64,000 bases of DNA from an uncultured Pseudobdellovibrionaceae bacterium (lineage in GTDB: Bacteria > Bdellovibrionota > Bdellovibrionia > Bdellovibrionales > JAGQZY01): contig CAZOGU010000001.1 of assembly GCA_964579625.1 (NCBI GenBank), positions 8,572 to 72,571 of the forward strand. Reading direction: 5' to 3'. The translations under genes were made by a program, and so were the position numbers. The notes beneath the pieces were generated by a model. It made no database searches. It saw nothing but the letters and a program-made list of their open reading frames with translations, and was not told the origin of the DNA. Positions 32,429 to 41,883 of the stretch are shown here, in pieces. Position 1 is the first letter of the stretch. Each line of letters begins with the position of its first letter.

Positions 32429-34183
32429 ATGCAAATCCAAATGCTGGCTTTTCTCTTCATTTTTATTTTTACTGGCTGTACCAAACGCTTTCAGCCCGAG
32501 GATGCCACATTTTACTCGTATGTTCGCGAAAACATCCACACCCTCGATCCCATTCACACTCACGATCTTTTTTCCCATCAAATGGCGGCCCAAGTCTATG
32601 AAGGGCTTTATCACTTTCATTATCTCAAAAGACCCATCGAAATCGAGCCACTCTTGGCAAGTACCATGCCTTCCGTATCCCAAGACGGGAAAACCTATAC
32701 GATTTCACTTAAGAAAAATATTTATTTTCACGAGCATCCGGCTTTTCAAAAACCCAAAGAGCGCCTCTTTGTTGCCGACGATTTTATTTATTCCATCAAA
32801 CGTTTGGCCGATCCAAAAAATCGCAGTGAATCGTACTGGGTTGTGGAAAATAAAATCGAAGGCCTGGATGAGTGGCGTAAGAATAAAGGTGCGGGTCTTG
32901 CCAATGATGCAACCCCCGTCTCTGGATTGACCGCTCTTGACCCACACACCTTGCAAATTCGTCTCAATAAACCCAACTATCAATTTTTACAAAATCTCAC
33001 AATGGCAGCAACCTATATCGTGCCTCGAGAGATTGTTGATTTTTATGGCGCGAACTTTGGCAATCACGCCGTGGGGACTGGGGCTTTTCAGTTGGACCAA
33101 TGGATTCGTGGATCGCAATTAAGATTTTCAAAAAACCGGCGATATGCAACTCATACGTATCCCCTCGTTGGAACTCCTGAAGATCAAAAACAAGGGAATT
33201 TAAAACACGCTGGTCAGCCACTCCCTTTATTGGATCGAGTGGTGATTTACGAAATTCCAGAGCCGCAGCCACAGTGGTTGCTTTTTTTAAAAGGTGACAT
33301 TGATGTTCTTCAACCCCATAAGGACTATCAAGACACTTTTATCAAAGCCGGGCGACTGACTGGAGAGGCTGAAAAAAAAGGATTTGCTCTGGAACTCCCA
33401 TCGGGACTTGATATTACATACATTGGCTTCAATACCCAGCATCCCTATTTGAAGAATAAAAAAATTCGCCAAGCCTTCTCCCTAGTTTTTGATCGCACAT
33501 TTTCCGTGGATAAGTTTTATAACTTTTTAGCCACCCCGGCGCACGGTCCGATACCGCCGGGTCTCGAAGGCTATGATCCTGCTCGAAAAGCATTTGCCAC
33601 GGATTACAACTTAGAACTTGCCAAAAAAACATTGGCAGACGCTGGCTACCCCGAAGGAAAAGGTTTACCGGAGTTTGTCTACGAAATGCCGTCCACTCAT
33701 CCAGTGGCTCGTCAGATGTCTGAGTTTTTTAAAAATCAATTGTCCTTGATCGGCGTTAAAGTTCGTCTCAGTGCAAACACCTGGCCGCAATTTAATGACA
33801 AGGTAAAAAAGAAAAAAGCGGATATCTTTGATCAGGCTTGGAACGCCGACTACCCCGATCCTGAAAACTTTTTTCAACTTTTCTACAGTAAAAATATTTC
33901 TCCTGGTCCCAATGCCAGTAATTTCGAAAACGCCCGTTTTGATCAGCTCTATGAACAGGCTCTGCAATTGCCATTTGGCCCCGCACGCACAGCTCTTTAC
34001 GTCGAAATGGAAAAATTGCTGATGGATGAGTGCCCTTGGGTTTTTAATGTTCATAGGCAACGACCTCTTGTAAAACAGCCTTGGCTGCAAAATCATAAGT
34101 TTGAAGTGATGATTGCCGACACCATGAAGTACTACTTTGTCGACGGACCACAACGGGCTCGCCTTAAAAAGGAGAACCGATGA
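32429..34183 (+). CDS. ABC transporter substrate-binding lipoprotein (family 5, peptide/nickel)
   Basis: Lipobox ...FIFTGC, family-5 length, and motifs such as ...DPHTLQIRL... and WNADYPDPENFF. The start is uncertain. Track start 32351 would overlap the divergent OMT start. Confidence 0.8.
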   Translation: MQIQMLAFLFIFIFTGCTKRFQPEDATFYSYVRENIHTLDPIHTHDLFSHQMAAQVYEGLYHFHYLKRPIEIEPLLASTMPSVSQDGKTYTISLKKNIYFHEHPAFQKPKERLFVADDFIYSIKRLADPKNRSESYWVVENKIEGLDEWRKNKGAGLANDATPVSGLTALDPHTLQIRLNKPNYQFLQNLTMAATYIVPREIVDFYGANFGNHAVGTGAFQLDQWIRGSQLRFSKNRRYATHTYPLVGTPEDQKQGNLKHAGQPLPLLDRVVIYEIPEPQPQWLLFLKGDIDVLQPHKDYQDTFIKAGRLTGEAEKKGFALELPSGLDITYIGFNTQHPYLKNKKIRQAFSLVFDRTFSVDKFYNFLATPAHGPIPPGLEGYDPARKAFATDYNLELAKKTLADAGYPEGKGLPEFVYEMPSTHPVARQMSEFFKNQLSLIGVKVRLSANTWPQFNDKVKKKKADIFDQAWNADYPDPENFFQLFYSKNISPGPNASNFENARFDQLYEQALQLPFGPARTALYVEMEKLLMDECPWVFNVHRQRPLVKQPWLQNHKFEVMIADTMKYYFVDGPQRARLKKENR

Positions 34184-35112
34184 GTGGATTTTTAGTACGT
34201 CGTTTTGTCGGAGCCGCTTTTGTTTTGTGGGGAGTGACCCTTGTGACATTTGCGATTTTTCATCTCGTCGGTGGAGATCCTGCATTGTTGTATGCTGGCA
34301 AAAACGCCAGTGCCGAAACAATCGCTCAACTTCGTCAAGAGCTGGGGCTTGATCGCTCTCTGCTTGCGCAGTATTTTTCTTTTTTAAAACAAACAATCAC
34401 CTGGGACTGGGGCGAAAGCTGGGCCAGCCATCAGAGCGTCACACAAATGATTTTGCAAAGTGTGGGCGCCTCCTTAAGCCTCACTCTTCCGGCGTACTTT
34501 CTTACCATTCTTCTTTCTCTGTCCTTGGCGCTGTTTGCGGTTTACAAAAAATCGTGGTGGGATCGCACCATTTGTTTATTTTGTTCTGTGTTAATGAGCT
34601 TTAGCTTTTTAGTTTTTATTATCTACGCGCAAAAACTTTTTGCCTTTGATATGAATTTATTTCCCGTTTATGGCTGGGACCCTTCGTGGACCGGGAGATG
34701 GATGTATGTCACTCTCCCCTGTTTGATTTACGCCTTTGCCAGTATGGCTCCCAAAATTTTACTCTTTCGCTCCACGCTTTTAAACGAGTCGGAGCAGGAC
34801 TATGTGCGAACAGCCTATGCCAAAGGCCTTTCTCCTCGGCAGATTTACACTTCGCATATTCTAAAAAATGCGGCGATTCCGATTTTGACCGTAATCACAT
34901 CGCAAATGCCGACACTCATTACCGGATCATTACTTCTCGAAGCTTATTTTGGAATTCCAGGACTGGGTGGACTTCTTTTAAAAGCCATTCAAGGAAGTGA
35001 TTTACCTGTAATTCAAGCTCTCACCGTGATTGGTTCGACGCTTTATATTGTTTTTAATTTACTCAATGACTTACTTGCAGCTTTTTTTGATGCTCGCGTG
35101 GAGTGGCGATGA
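34180..35112 (+). CDS. ABC transporter permease (DppB/OppB-like)
   Basis: N-terminus ...RRFVGAAFVLWGVTLVTFAIFHL.GDP and an EAA-loop region ...DYVRTAYAKGLS. Confidence 0.85.
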   Translation: MSGFLVRRFVGAAFVLWGVTLVTFAIFHLVGGDPALLYAGKNASAETIAQLRQELGLDRSLLAQYFSFLKQTITWDWGESWASHQSVTQMILQSVGASLSLTLPAYFLTILLSLSLALFAVYKKSWWDRTICLFCSVLMSFSFLVFIIYAQKLFAFDMNLFPVYGWDPSWTGRWMYVTLPCLIYAFASMAPKILLFRSTLLNESEQDYVRTAYAKGLSPRQIYTSHILKNAAIPILTVITSQMPTLITGSLLLEAYFGIPGLGGLLLKAIQGSDLPVIQALTVIGSTLYIVFNLLNDLLAAFFDARVEWR

Positions 35113-35933
35113 GAAAAGTGATTTTTTCTTCTACCGCGACCACGATTTCTTTTGCCGTGCTTCTTTTGTACGTGCTGATAGCACTTGGGACGGCTTCTGG
35201 TTTGTTGGCCACTCACTTCGATCTTGTGCAAAATGATTTATCCTATCAACCTCCAAGTCGTACATTTATTTTGGGAACAGATCTTTTTGGAAGGTCTGTT
35301 CTCGAAAGATCAATGCAGGCCACACGAATTGCAATCACTGTGGGCTCGCTTTCAACACTGCTTGCGGTTTTGATCGGCGTTGTTTTAGGATCCTTGGCTG
35401 GCTACAGAGGAGGTCGCACCGACGATTTCATTGTGTGGTTTTACACCACACTCGATTCCATTCCGTATATTTTACTTCTTTCCGCCTTTGCGTTTGTTCT
35501 GGGACAAGGGCTTAATAATCTTTTTCTGGCGCTCGGATTAACCACCTGGACCACACTTTGTAAAATCGTGCGCAGTGAATTTATGAAACTAAAGCAAACA
35601 GATTTTGTCCTCGCAGCCAAGGCCCAAGGACTTCCTCAGTGGAAAATCATTTTCCAGGAAATCTTGCCAAATCTCTCCCATTTGATACTAATTCAAGCCG
35701 GTGTGATTTTTGTCTCCGTAATTAAAATCGAAGTGATCTTAAGTTACTTGGGTTTGGGCCTGGAACCCGGATCGCCCAGTTGGGGTTTAATGATCGATGA
35801 CGCCAAACAAGAAATCACCCGCGGCATCTGGTGGAACATGTTTGCCGCCACGTTCTTTATGTTCGGCTTAATCCTCTCCACTCAGTTCGCCCTAGAAGCC
35901 CTCCGCCGCCACTTTGATCGCAAATCAAAGTAA
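35103..35933 (+). CDS. ABC transporter permease (DppC/OppC-like)
   Basis: ...LGTDLFGRSVL... and ...DFVLAAKAQGLPQWKI... are typical of the family. Confidence 0.85.
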   Translation: MAMRKVIFSSTATTISFAVLLLYVLIALGTASGLLATHFDLVQNDLSYQPPSRTFILGTDLFGRSVLERSMQATRIAITVGSLSTLLAVLIGVVLGSLAGYRGGRTDDFIVWFYTTLDSIPYILLLSAFAFVLGQGLNNLFLALGLTTWTTLCKIVRSEFMKLKQTDFVLAAKAQGLPQWKIIFQEILPNLSHLILIQAGVIFVSVIKIEVILSYLGLGLEPGSPSWGLMIDDAKQEITRGIWWNMFAATFFMFGLILSTQFALEALRRHFDRKSK

Positions 35934-35997
35934 GACGCAAGTCCCTAGTTGCCCTTTGACAGACTCTCTCTTAAAATTAGAAATAGAGGGGGCCCAC

Positions 35998-37128
35998 ATG
36001 CTTCGATGGATTGTTTCGCTGGCCACGGTTTTTGTTTGTTACTCTTCTTTGGCTCAGGTCGCTCGGCCGCCGCAGTTTGTGCTTTTGGCTTTTGATGGAT
36101 CTAAGAGTCTGACGTTTTGGTTAAATTCGCGCAAGTTCGCTGCACAAAACGATGTGCGCTTTACTTATTTTATCAGCGGTGTTTATTTTCTTTCCACAGA
36201 AAATAAAGCAAATTACGTCGAACCCTCGCAAGGCGCTGGCAAAAGTGCCATTGGTTTTGGTGGACTCAAAACAGATATTCAACAGCGTCTCGATCAAGTC
36301 CGTCTCGCGAGCAATGAAGGTCATGAGATGGCGTCGCATGCCAATGCACATTTTGATGGCGCGAAATACACTCAAAAACAATGGGACAGCGAAAACAAAC
36401 AGTTCACGCAACTCATGCTCAATGCGTGGAAGCACAGTTTGATTCCGCAAAAGCAACCGTCGTGGTGGGTGGATTATTTTACGCAAAATCTAAGCTCTGA
36501 TCCCGGCATGGTCGGATTTCGCGCGCCACTTCTTGGCGTTGGAAATGGATTGTGGCCATCACTAAAAAGCAATGGCATTCTTTACGACACCAGCCGCGTA
36601 GACAAAATGGCTTACTGGCCAAAACAGATCAACGGGATTTGGAATTTTCCCCTCGCTGCACTTACTATTGTCGAAACTGGCAAAAAAACATTGAGTATGG
36701 ACTACAATTTTTATGTCGCCGACTCAAAGGGAGTCGCCGGCCCCGCTGCTGAGTATACAAATTACGAAAATCGCATGTACAAAACATATCTCGCGTATTT
36801 CGAAAACAATTATTACGGCAACCGGGCCCCCGTACACATTGGCCACCACTTTTCTCTCTGGAACGGCGGCGCTTATTGGCGTGCAATGCAGCGTTTTGCT
36901 CAAACTGTTTGCTCTAAACCCGAAGTCGTCTGTGGAACTTATAAAGAACTTCTTGGCTTTGTTAAAAATAATAAAGACCACCTCGCGACATTTCAAAACT
37001 CTGAGTTTGTAAAACTCGAAAGTTCTTTTAAACCCTCGCACGTCATTCCCGAACTCACAGACAAAGAGTTAGCTGAACTACGAGCTACGCTACCCAATCA
37101 CTTTCAAGCTCATGAGGAAGAACCTTAA
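35998..37128 (+). CDS. secreted polysaccharide deacetylase (NodB-homology)-like protein
   Basis: Signal peptide MLRWIVSLATVFVCYSSLAQ. Motifs LAFDGS and GHEMASHANAH. AGAGGGGG lies upstream of ATG 35998. Confidence 0.5.
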   Translation: MLRWIVSLATVFVCYSSLAQVARPPQFVLLAFDGSKSLTFWLNSRKFAAQNDVRFTYFISGVYFLSTENKANYVEPSQGAGKSAIGFGGLKTDIQQRLDQVRLASNEGHEMASHANAHFDGAKYTQKQWDSENKQFTQLMLNAWKHSLIPQKQPSWWVDYFTQNLSSDPGMVGFRAPLLGVGNGLWPSLKSNGILYDTSRVDKMAYWPKQINGIWNFPLAALTIVETGKKTLSMDYNFYVADSKGVAGPAAEYTNYENRMYKTYLAYFENNYYGNRAPVHIGHHFSLWNGGAYWRAMQRFAQTVCSKPEVVCGTYKELLGFVKNNKDHLATFQNSEFVKLESSFKPSHVIPELTDKELAELRATLPNHFQAHEEEP

Positions 37129-37150
37129 AGAAGACTCACATTCCAGATCC

Positions 37151-37205
37151 AACGCCCACGTCAAAAAATTATCCTGAGGACGTTAGCCCGAAGGATCTCT
37201 ATCAC
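37151..37205 (+). repeat. short extragenic repeat, copy C (ACGTCA...ATCCTGAGGACGTTAGCCCGAAGGATCTC)
   Basis: Its ends match the reverse complement of copies A and B (ATCCTGAG...CGAAGGATCT). It lies 3' of the plus-strand deacetylase gene, so its orientation relative to the upstream gene matches A and B. Confidence 0.45.
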
Positions 37206-37230
37206 ATAGATGTTGCTTAAATTCTCTTCT

Positions 37231-37728
37231 CTAACTCTTAATATTTAAAAGCTGAGACACTGTCTTTTTCATTTGTTCCACATCAAAAGGTTTTTTGATG
37301 TAGTCGTCGGCGCCGACGTCGAAGCCGCGTTTGACGTCGAGTTCGCTGGTTTTTCCAGAAACGAAAATCAAGGGGATGGATTTGAGGTCTTCGTGTTCTT
37401 TGAGAAGTTTAGCAAGTTCGAAACCGTTGATCCATGGCAGACCGATATCCATGATGATCAAATCAATTGGCGAATCATCGAGAACCAATGAGAGCTGAGT
37501 GCCGTCGGCAGCGGTTTTAACGTTGTAACCTTCACCTTCGAAGAGGCGCTTTATTGCGCTTCGCATGGTTTCGTCGTCTTCGATCACTAACAGACATTTG
37601 TTTTCTTTTTTGTTGCGGAGTTTACGAAACTCATCGAGGCTCACGATGCTTTCGCTCGTGAGACGCTCTTTGGTGATCTTTTCGATTTTATCCACTAGAA
37701 TTTTGGTATCAAATGACTTCTTTTTCAC
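37231..37728 (-). CDS. single-domain response regulator (CheY-like receiver with N-terminal extension)
   Basis: ...LLVIEDDETMR...DLIIMDIGLPWINGFEL...IPLIFVSGK...DYIKKPFD. Confidence 0.8.
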   Translation of the reverse strand: MKKKSFDTKILVDKIEKITKERLTSESIVSLDEFRKLRNKKENKCLLVIEDDETMRSAIKRLFEGEGYNVKTAADGTQLSLVLDDSPIDLIIMDIGLPWINGFELAKLLKEHEDLKSIPLIFVSGKTSELDVKRGFDVGADDYIKKPFDVEQMKKTVSQLLNIKS

Positions 37729-37743
37729 TTCACTAGCATAGCG

Positions 37744-38673
37744 CTAGTGACCTTGCTGTTCAAGCCATCGTTCGCTGTCAATCGCAGCCATGCATCCAGT
37801 TCCAGCAGCTGTGATCGCTTGGCGATAAACGTGATCTGCCACGTCGCCCGCTGCAAAAACACCCTCGACCGAAGTAGAGGTTGAATGGGGTTTTGTTACT
37901 AAATATCCCACGTCGTTCATATCCAATTGGCCCTTGAACAAATCGGTATTGGGTTTGTGACCAATGGCAATAAACACTCCCTGAATTTTTTTGTCGTAGA
38001 CTTTATCATTGGCAAAATCACGGATCTTAACGGACTCCACAACCTTATCACCAAGAATTTCTTCGATGCCCGAATTCCACAGCACTTCGATCTTAGGGTT
38101 ATTTAAAGCCTTATCGGCCATGATTTTCGAAGCACGGAAGCTATCGCGACGATGAACAATATAAACTTTGCTGGCAAAACGCGTGAGAAACGTAGCCTCT
38201 TCCATCGCCGTATCACCACCGCCCACAATCACCACTTCTTGGTTGCGGAAAAAAGCACCATCGCAGGTGGCGCAGGCCGAAACTCCGCGCCCTAAGAATT
38301 TGCGTTCGGACTCAAGTCCCAAATATTTAGCACTCGCACCGGTAGAAATAATCAAAGTTTTCGACTGAAAAAGTTGGTCTCCCACCCACACTTTAAATGG
38401 ACGAGAGGACAAATCGACTTTTGTTACGTTGCGAGAAAGAAAGCGAGTGCCAAAGCGCTCCGCCTGTTGCTTCATTACACCCATCAGCTCTGGCCCCATA
38501 ATTCCGTGGGCAAAACCCGGAAAATTTTCAACATCGGTCGTGGTCATTAACTGTCCGCCCACTTCTTCGCCCTCAATCATAAACGGTTTTAAAAGGGCTC
38601 GAGATGAGTAAATCGCCGCCGTTAAACCCGCTGGGCCAGAACCAATTATGATCACATCTTCAACCTGACTCAT
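37744..38673 (-). CDS. trxB: thioredoxin-disulfide reductase
   Basis: GSGPAG FAD motif, redox-active CATCDG, and GGGDTAMEEA NADPH motif. Confidence 0.95.
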   Translation of the reverse strand: MSQVEDVIIIGSGPAGLTAAIYSSRALLKPFMIEGEEVGGQLMTTTDVENFPGFAHGIMGPELMGVMKQQAERFGTRFLSRNVTKVDLSSRPFKVWVGDQLFQSKTLIISTGASAKYLGLESERKFLGRGVSACATCDGAFFRNQEVVIVGGGDTAMEEATFLTRFASKVYIVHRRDSFRASKIMADKALNNPKIEVLWNSGIEEILGDKVVESVKIRDFANDKVYDKKIQGVFIAIGHKPNTDLFKGQLDMNDVGYLVTKPHSTSTSVEGVFAAGDVADHVYRQAITAAGTGCMAAIDSERWLEQQGH

Positions 38674-38708
38674 GTTTCACCTCAAAAGTTGAGAAAAACT
38701 ACCACACC

Positions 38709-39362
38709 TCAAACAGAAGGTCGACTGCTCCAATGCCATGACGCTTTGGGATTCTGTGCCCAGTCAATAAACTCTTTTGCCATTAAATGAGGACTTAAAA
38801 CCGGAAGGGAGGGATCCAAACGCCCCTGAACAGCCCGCGGTAGCATCTCGGTATCCATGTAACCTGGGCTAAAAAGGCGTAAATCTTTATCGGTTTCCTG
38901 TTGAAGGGAATAGATCAATCCCTTGAGGCCGTGTTTAGCGGCAGCATAACTGGCTGCGCCAGGATCTGCTTGATCTTCGGCGATGGCGGACCCCACACAA
39001 ATCACTTGAGTGACAGAGCTTTGTTGAAGGCATTGATAAATCAATTTCATGGGCGTTAACAAAGTGACTGTCATTCCCCATTCGTGATCTTTCCAATGTT
39101 TGTCGGTAAAGGCTCCATAAGGACCCCCGCCAGCAATATAAAAAACGCGATTGGGGGAGTCATGCTTCACTTTTTGTAAAAGGGATTCTACATCCTGTGG
39201 TTTTGTCATGTCACAAAGATAGGTTTCAACTCCTGTGGCGGAAAACTCTTTGCGCGACGACGCCATGACCTCGTGCTCTGGGTTTTGCGCTTTCCAAAGT
39301 TTTAAAATTTCTGATCCCAGGCCGCGGCGAGCCCCAAGAATCCATATCTTTTCTTTTTTCAC
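38709..39362 (-). CDS. SDR-family oxidoreductase
   Basis: N-terminus ...ILGARRGLG... and Y..xK (YAAAK). Confidence 0.65.
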   Translation of the reverse strand: MKKEKIWILGARRGLGSEILKLWKAQNPEHEVMASSRKEFSATGVETYLCDMTKPQDVESLLQKVKHDSPNRVFYIAGGGPYGAFTDKHWKDHEWGMTVTLLTPMKLIYQCLQQSSVTQVICVGSAIAEDQADPGAASYAAAKHGLKGLIYSLQQETDKDLRLFSPGYMDTEMLPRAVQGRLDPSLPVLSPHLMAKEFIDWAQNPKASWHWSSRPSV

Positions 39363-39379
39363 AGTTTTATACTCTTCTC

Positions 39380-39664
39380 ATGAAAATCTCACTTCCTCAA
39401 CTCAACAAAACCCTCGAAGGCAACCCCGAAGAGTCTTTGTTTCAGATTTTACGAAAAAACGACATTCCCGTGGCCTCCTCCTGCCTGGGTGATGGCGTTT
39501 GCGGAAAGTGCCGACTTAAGATCGAAGCTGGAATTGAAAATCTTTCCCCGGTTGAACCTTTGGAAGCCAAACTCATCGAAAAATATCAACTCTTGCCAAG
39601 CCAGAGAATCAGCTGCCAGTGCAGCGTTCACGGTGATGTGACCGTCACAAGCAGTTACTGGTAA
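39380..39664 (+). CDS. 2Fe-2S ferredoxin-like protein
   Basis: Cysteine pattern C-x5-C-x2-C ... C (SSCLGDGVCGKCRL ... ISCQC). Confidence 0.6.
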   Translation: MKISLPQLNKTLEGNPEESLFQILRKNDIPVASSCLGDGVCGKCRLKIEAGIENLSPVEPLEAKLIEKYQLLPSQRISCQCSVHGDVTVTSSYW

Positions 39665-39709
39665 AGTGTGGCCCTGATCTTGCGATAAGGCCCTCCACAA
39701 GGAGGCTTT

Positions 39710-41125
39710 ATGGCTTTAAAAAGAAAATATGGTGTTTATAGTTTAATGGTCCTGTTTTTGGGATTGGTTTCCTGCTTCAAAGACAAAGAGGTTGTGTATC
39801 AACCCGTGCGCTCGGAGACCGAAAATATTGGCTCCCGAGACAGTCAAAAACGCATGAAATGGGCAAAAGACATCCGCTCCCTCGAACTCGGTGGCGAATT
39901 GGTGATTGATCTTCTTGAGCAACAAAACTTTCAAACCAATCCCATTGTTGTTCGTGTGCAGTCGTGGTGCCAGACAGATTCCACCAAAGGATCTTTGGTC
40001 AATGATGTGTATTTTCAGAATCAATTTTCGATTCCTATTCTTAAAATTTTATCACGCGAGGCTTTGCTCTCCACAAGTTCGTCACCTCTCACCTGTGATC
40101 TTACACTCACTCTCACCGAGTCCAATACCTCATCTGTATCGATCTATCCGCTGAAATCCATCACGATCACCAATTCCGCGAGTTTCAATAATATTGCTCT
40201 TTTTACAGAAACTAAAACGGCAGATATCTACGAGCAGATCAAAACAGAGTCACTCCCTGATGGAGAGGCGTGGACACTGGCCTGTTCAGACTTTCAAAAA
40301 ATATTACGCCATCATTCTGAAGTGACGCTCGAAAAATTGATGGCCTCTTCGGAAACAAATTATTCAATCTGGAAAAGTTCTCAACAAACCTGTCGTCTCT
40401 TGATCGAAAGTAGCGAACAGGTGTTTCTGTCACGACCCATGGTTTTGGCTTTCGAACCTCAGCCTTTAATGATCGAAGCCGAACTTCAAAACATGGAAAC
40501 TGTGTTTGGCCCGGTAGAACCACATCCTGTTTTAACTCTTCAAGTGATGAACCCAAACTCTTATGAAGTTAAAATAAAAGTGGACAAACTTCAGTCCTCC
40601 CAATTTATTTTTAGACCTGTCTACGTTGGAGGAATCAATCGCGGACTATTGGGGAACAAATACAAATCCGTTTTAAAATGGTCGTTTGAAGAGTCGATGC
40701 TGCAAAAAACAATCGAAAAGGATCAATGGGTTTTTACACTTCCACCGCAACAAGCGATTTTCCTCAATGCGGACTATGCCGAAAGTTATGACTGTGGTGG
40801 TCTTCGTAAACCGGTCGAAAAATTAACTCCATTTGGAGCCGCTCCGAAAAAAGAACATTACCCTCTCAACCGTCCCGCCTTTGCTGGAATCAAATATGGA
40901 TTTTCTTTTGGAACACAGCTTCTCACCCACGTGGCAGACAAAACTTGGACTGCGACTGACCTTCGGGCGCACACGTTCCCTCAACTCAAAGAAGACCCAA
41001 CACCTTTTTGGGATATGAATTTTCCTGCCGTTAAAAAGTTTCATCGGATTCAACATGCGGCTAAAAGCAATAAAGAATTTATCAAATACATCACAGAGTC
41101 TTACGATCTGTGCAAAAAGCTCTAA
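39710..41125 (+). CDS. hypothetical lipoprotein
   Basis: Lipobox ...FLGLVSC. No family recognised. Confidence 0.5.
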   Translation: MALKRKYGVYSLMVLFLGLVSCFKDKEVVYQPVRSETENIGSRDSQKRMKWAKDIRSLELGGELVIDLLEQQNFQTNPIVVRVQSWCQTDSTKGSLVNDVYFQNQFSIPILKILSREALLSTSSSPLTCDLTLTLTESNTSSVSIYPLKSITITNSASFNNIALFTETKTADIYEQIKTESLPDGEAWTLACSDFQKILRHHSEVTLEKLMASSETNYSIWKSSQQTCRLLIESSEQVFLSRPMVLAFEPQPLMIEAELQNMETVFGPVEPHPVLTLQVMNPNSYEVKIKVDKLQSSQFIFRPVYVGGINRGLLGNKYKSVLKWSFEESMLQKTIEKDQWVFTLPPQQAIFLNADYAESYDCGGLRKPVEKLTPFGAAPKKEHYPLNRPAFAGIKYGFSFGTQLLTHVADKTWTATDLRAHTFPQLKEDPTPFWDMNFPAVKKFHRIQHAAKSNKEFIKYITESYDLCKKL

Positions 41126-41790
41126 TTTTTTTGGAGCGTAAAAGAAAAGATTCGTTGGCCCTTTTTTAAGAAAAGGGCCTCAAACGCTGTAACAAAGTTT
41201 TGCGCTGCTACAAACGAATGATGCAAATCCTCTGTGTAATGAGTCATCACCAAATTCGATTCGGCTGCGTGACGAGCGGCAAACTGAAAATACCCATAAT
41301 GATCTGTTTTGAATTCGAGAGTTCCGCCAGGTTTTAAAACCATGTCTAACTCTTTAAAAAAATTTCCATTCATTAAACGATTTTTTTGCTGCCGACGTTT
41401 GGGCCAAGGGTCTGGAAAATGGATGATCACCTTTTCGACCTCTTCGGGAGCAAAATATTGGGTGAGTTTCCGCGCATCCGCTTTGAGCATTCGCACTTGC
41501 GTTGCTCCCGTCGCACGCGTGCGTTCAATACTTTGTACGGCTGTTTTAAATTTAATTTCAAAACCAACAAGTGCCACATTCAGTTGCGTTTCTGCGTAGT
41601 GGGCAAAGTGAAAACCATTTCCGGTGCCGATTTCAACATGCAACGGACAGGGTTTCTCGGCCAAATGTGTGACCCACTGGCCGCGAAAGTACCGCGCCTT
41701 TTCTTCGTCATAAACCCACTCCTCTTGGAGTTCCATCCTGCGAATATAGGGATTTACAAAGTGATAGGTTCTTGACTCAACGAGTTGCAT
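41122..41790 (-). CDS. trmB: tRNA (guanine46-N7)-methyltransferase
   Basis: ...VEIGTGNGFHF... and ...IHFPDPWPKRRQQKNRL. Confidence 0.85.
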   Translation of the reverse strand: MQLVESRTYHFVNPYIRRMELQEEWVYDEEKARYFRGQWVTHLAEKPCPLHVEIGTGNGFHFAHYAETQLNVALVGFEIKFKTAVQSIERTRATGATQVRMLKADARKLTQYFAPEEVEKVIIHFPDPWPKRRQQKNRLMNGNFFKELDMVLKPGGTLEFKTDHYGYFQFAARHAAESNLVMTHYTEDLHHSFVAAQNFVTAFEALFLKKGQRIFSFTLQKN

Positions 41791-41883
41791 GCCTTCGAAC
41801 TATCAAATTCTTACATGATCAGCAAGCAGAAGTTGACCCCGTGAATGCAAGAGTTCAATTTTAGGGGTAACACAGGAGTTATC

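Noticed and set aside
33665-34396. 243-aa minus-strand ORF spanning the substrate-binding-protein / permease junction.
   Set aside because: It is antisense to two well-supported ABC transporter genes and has no recognisable motifs.
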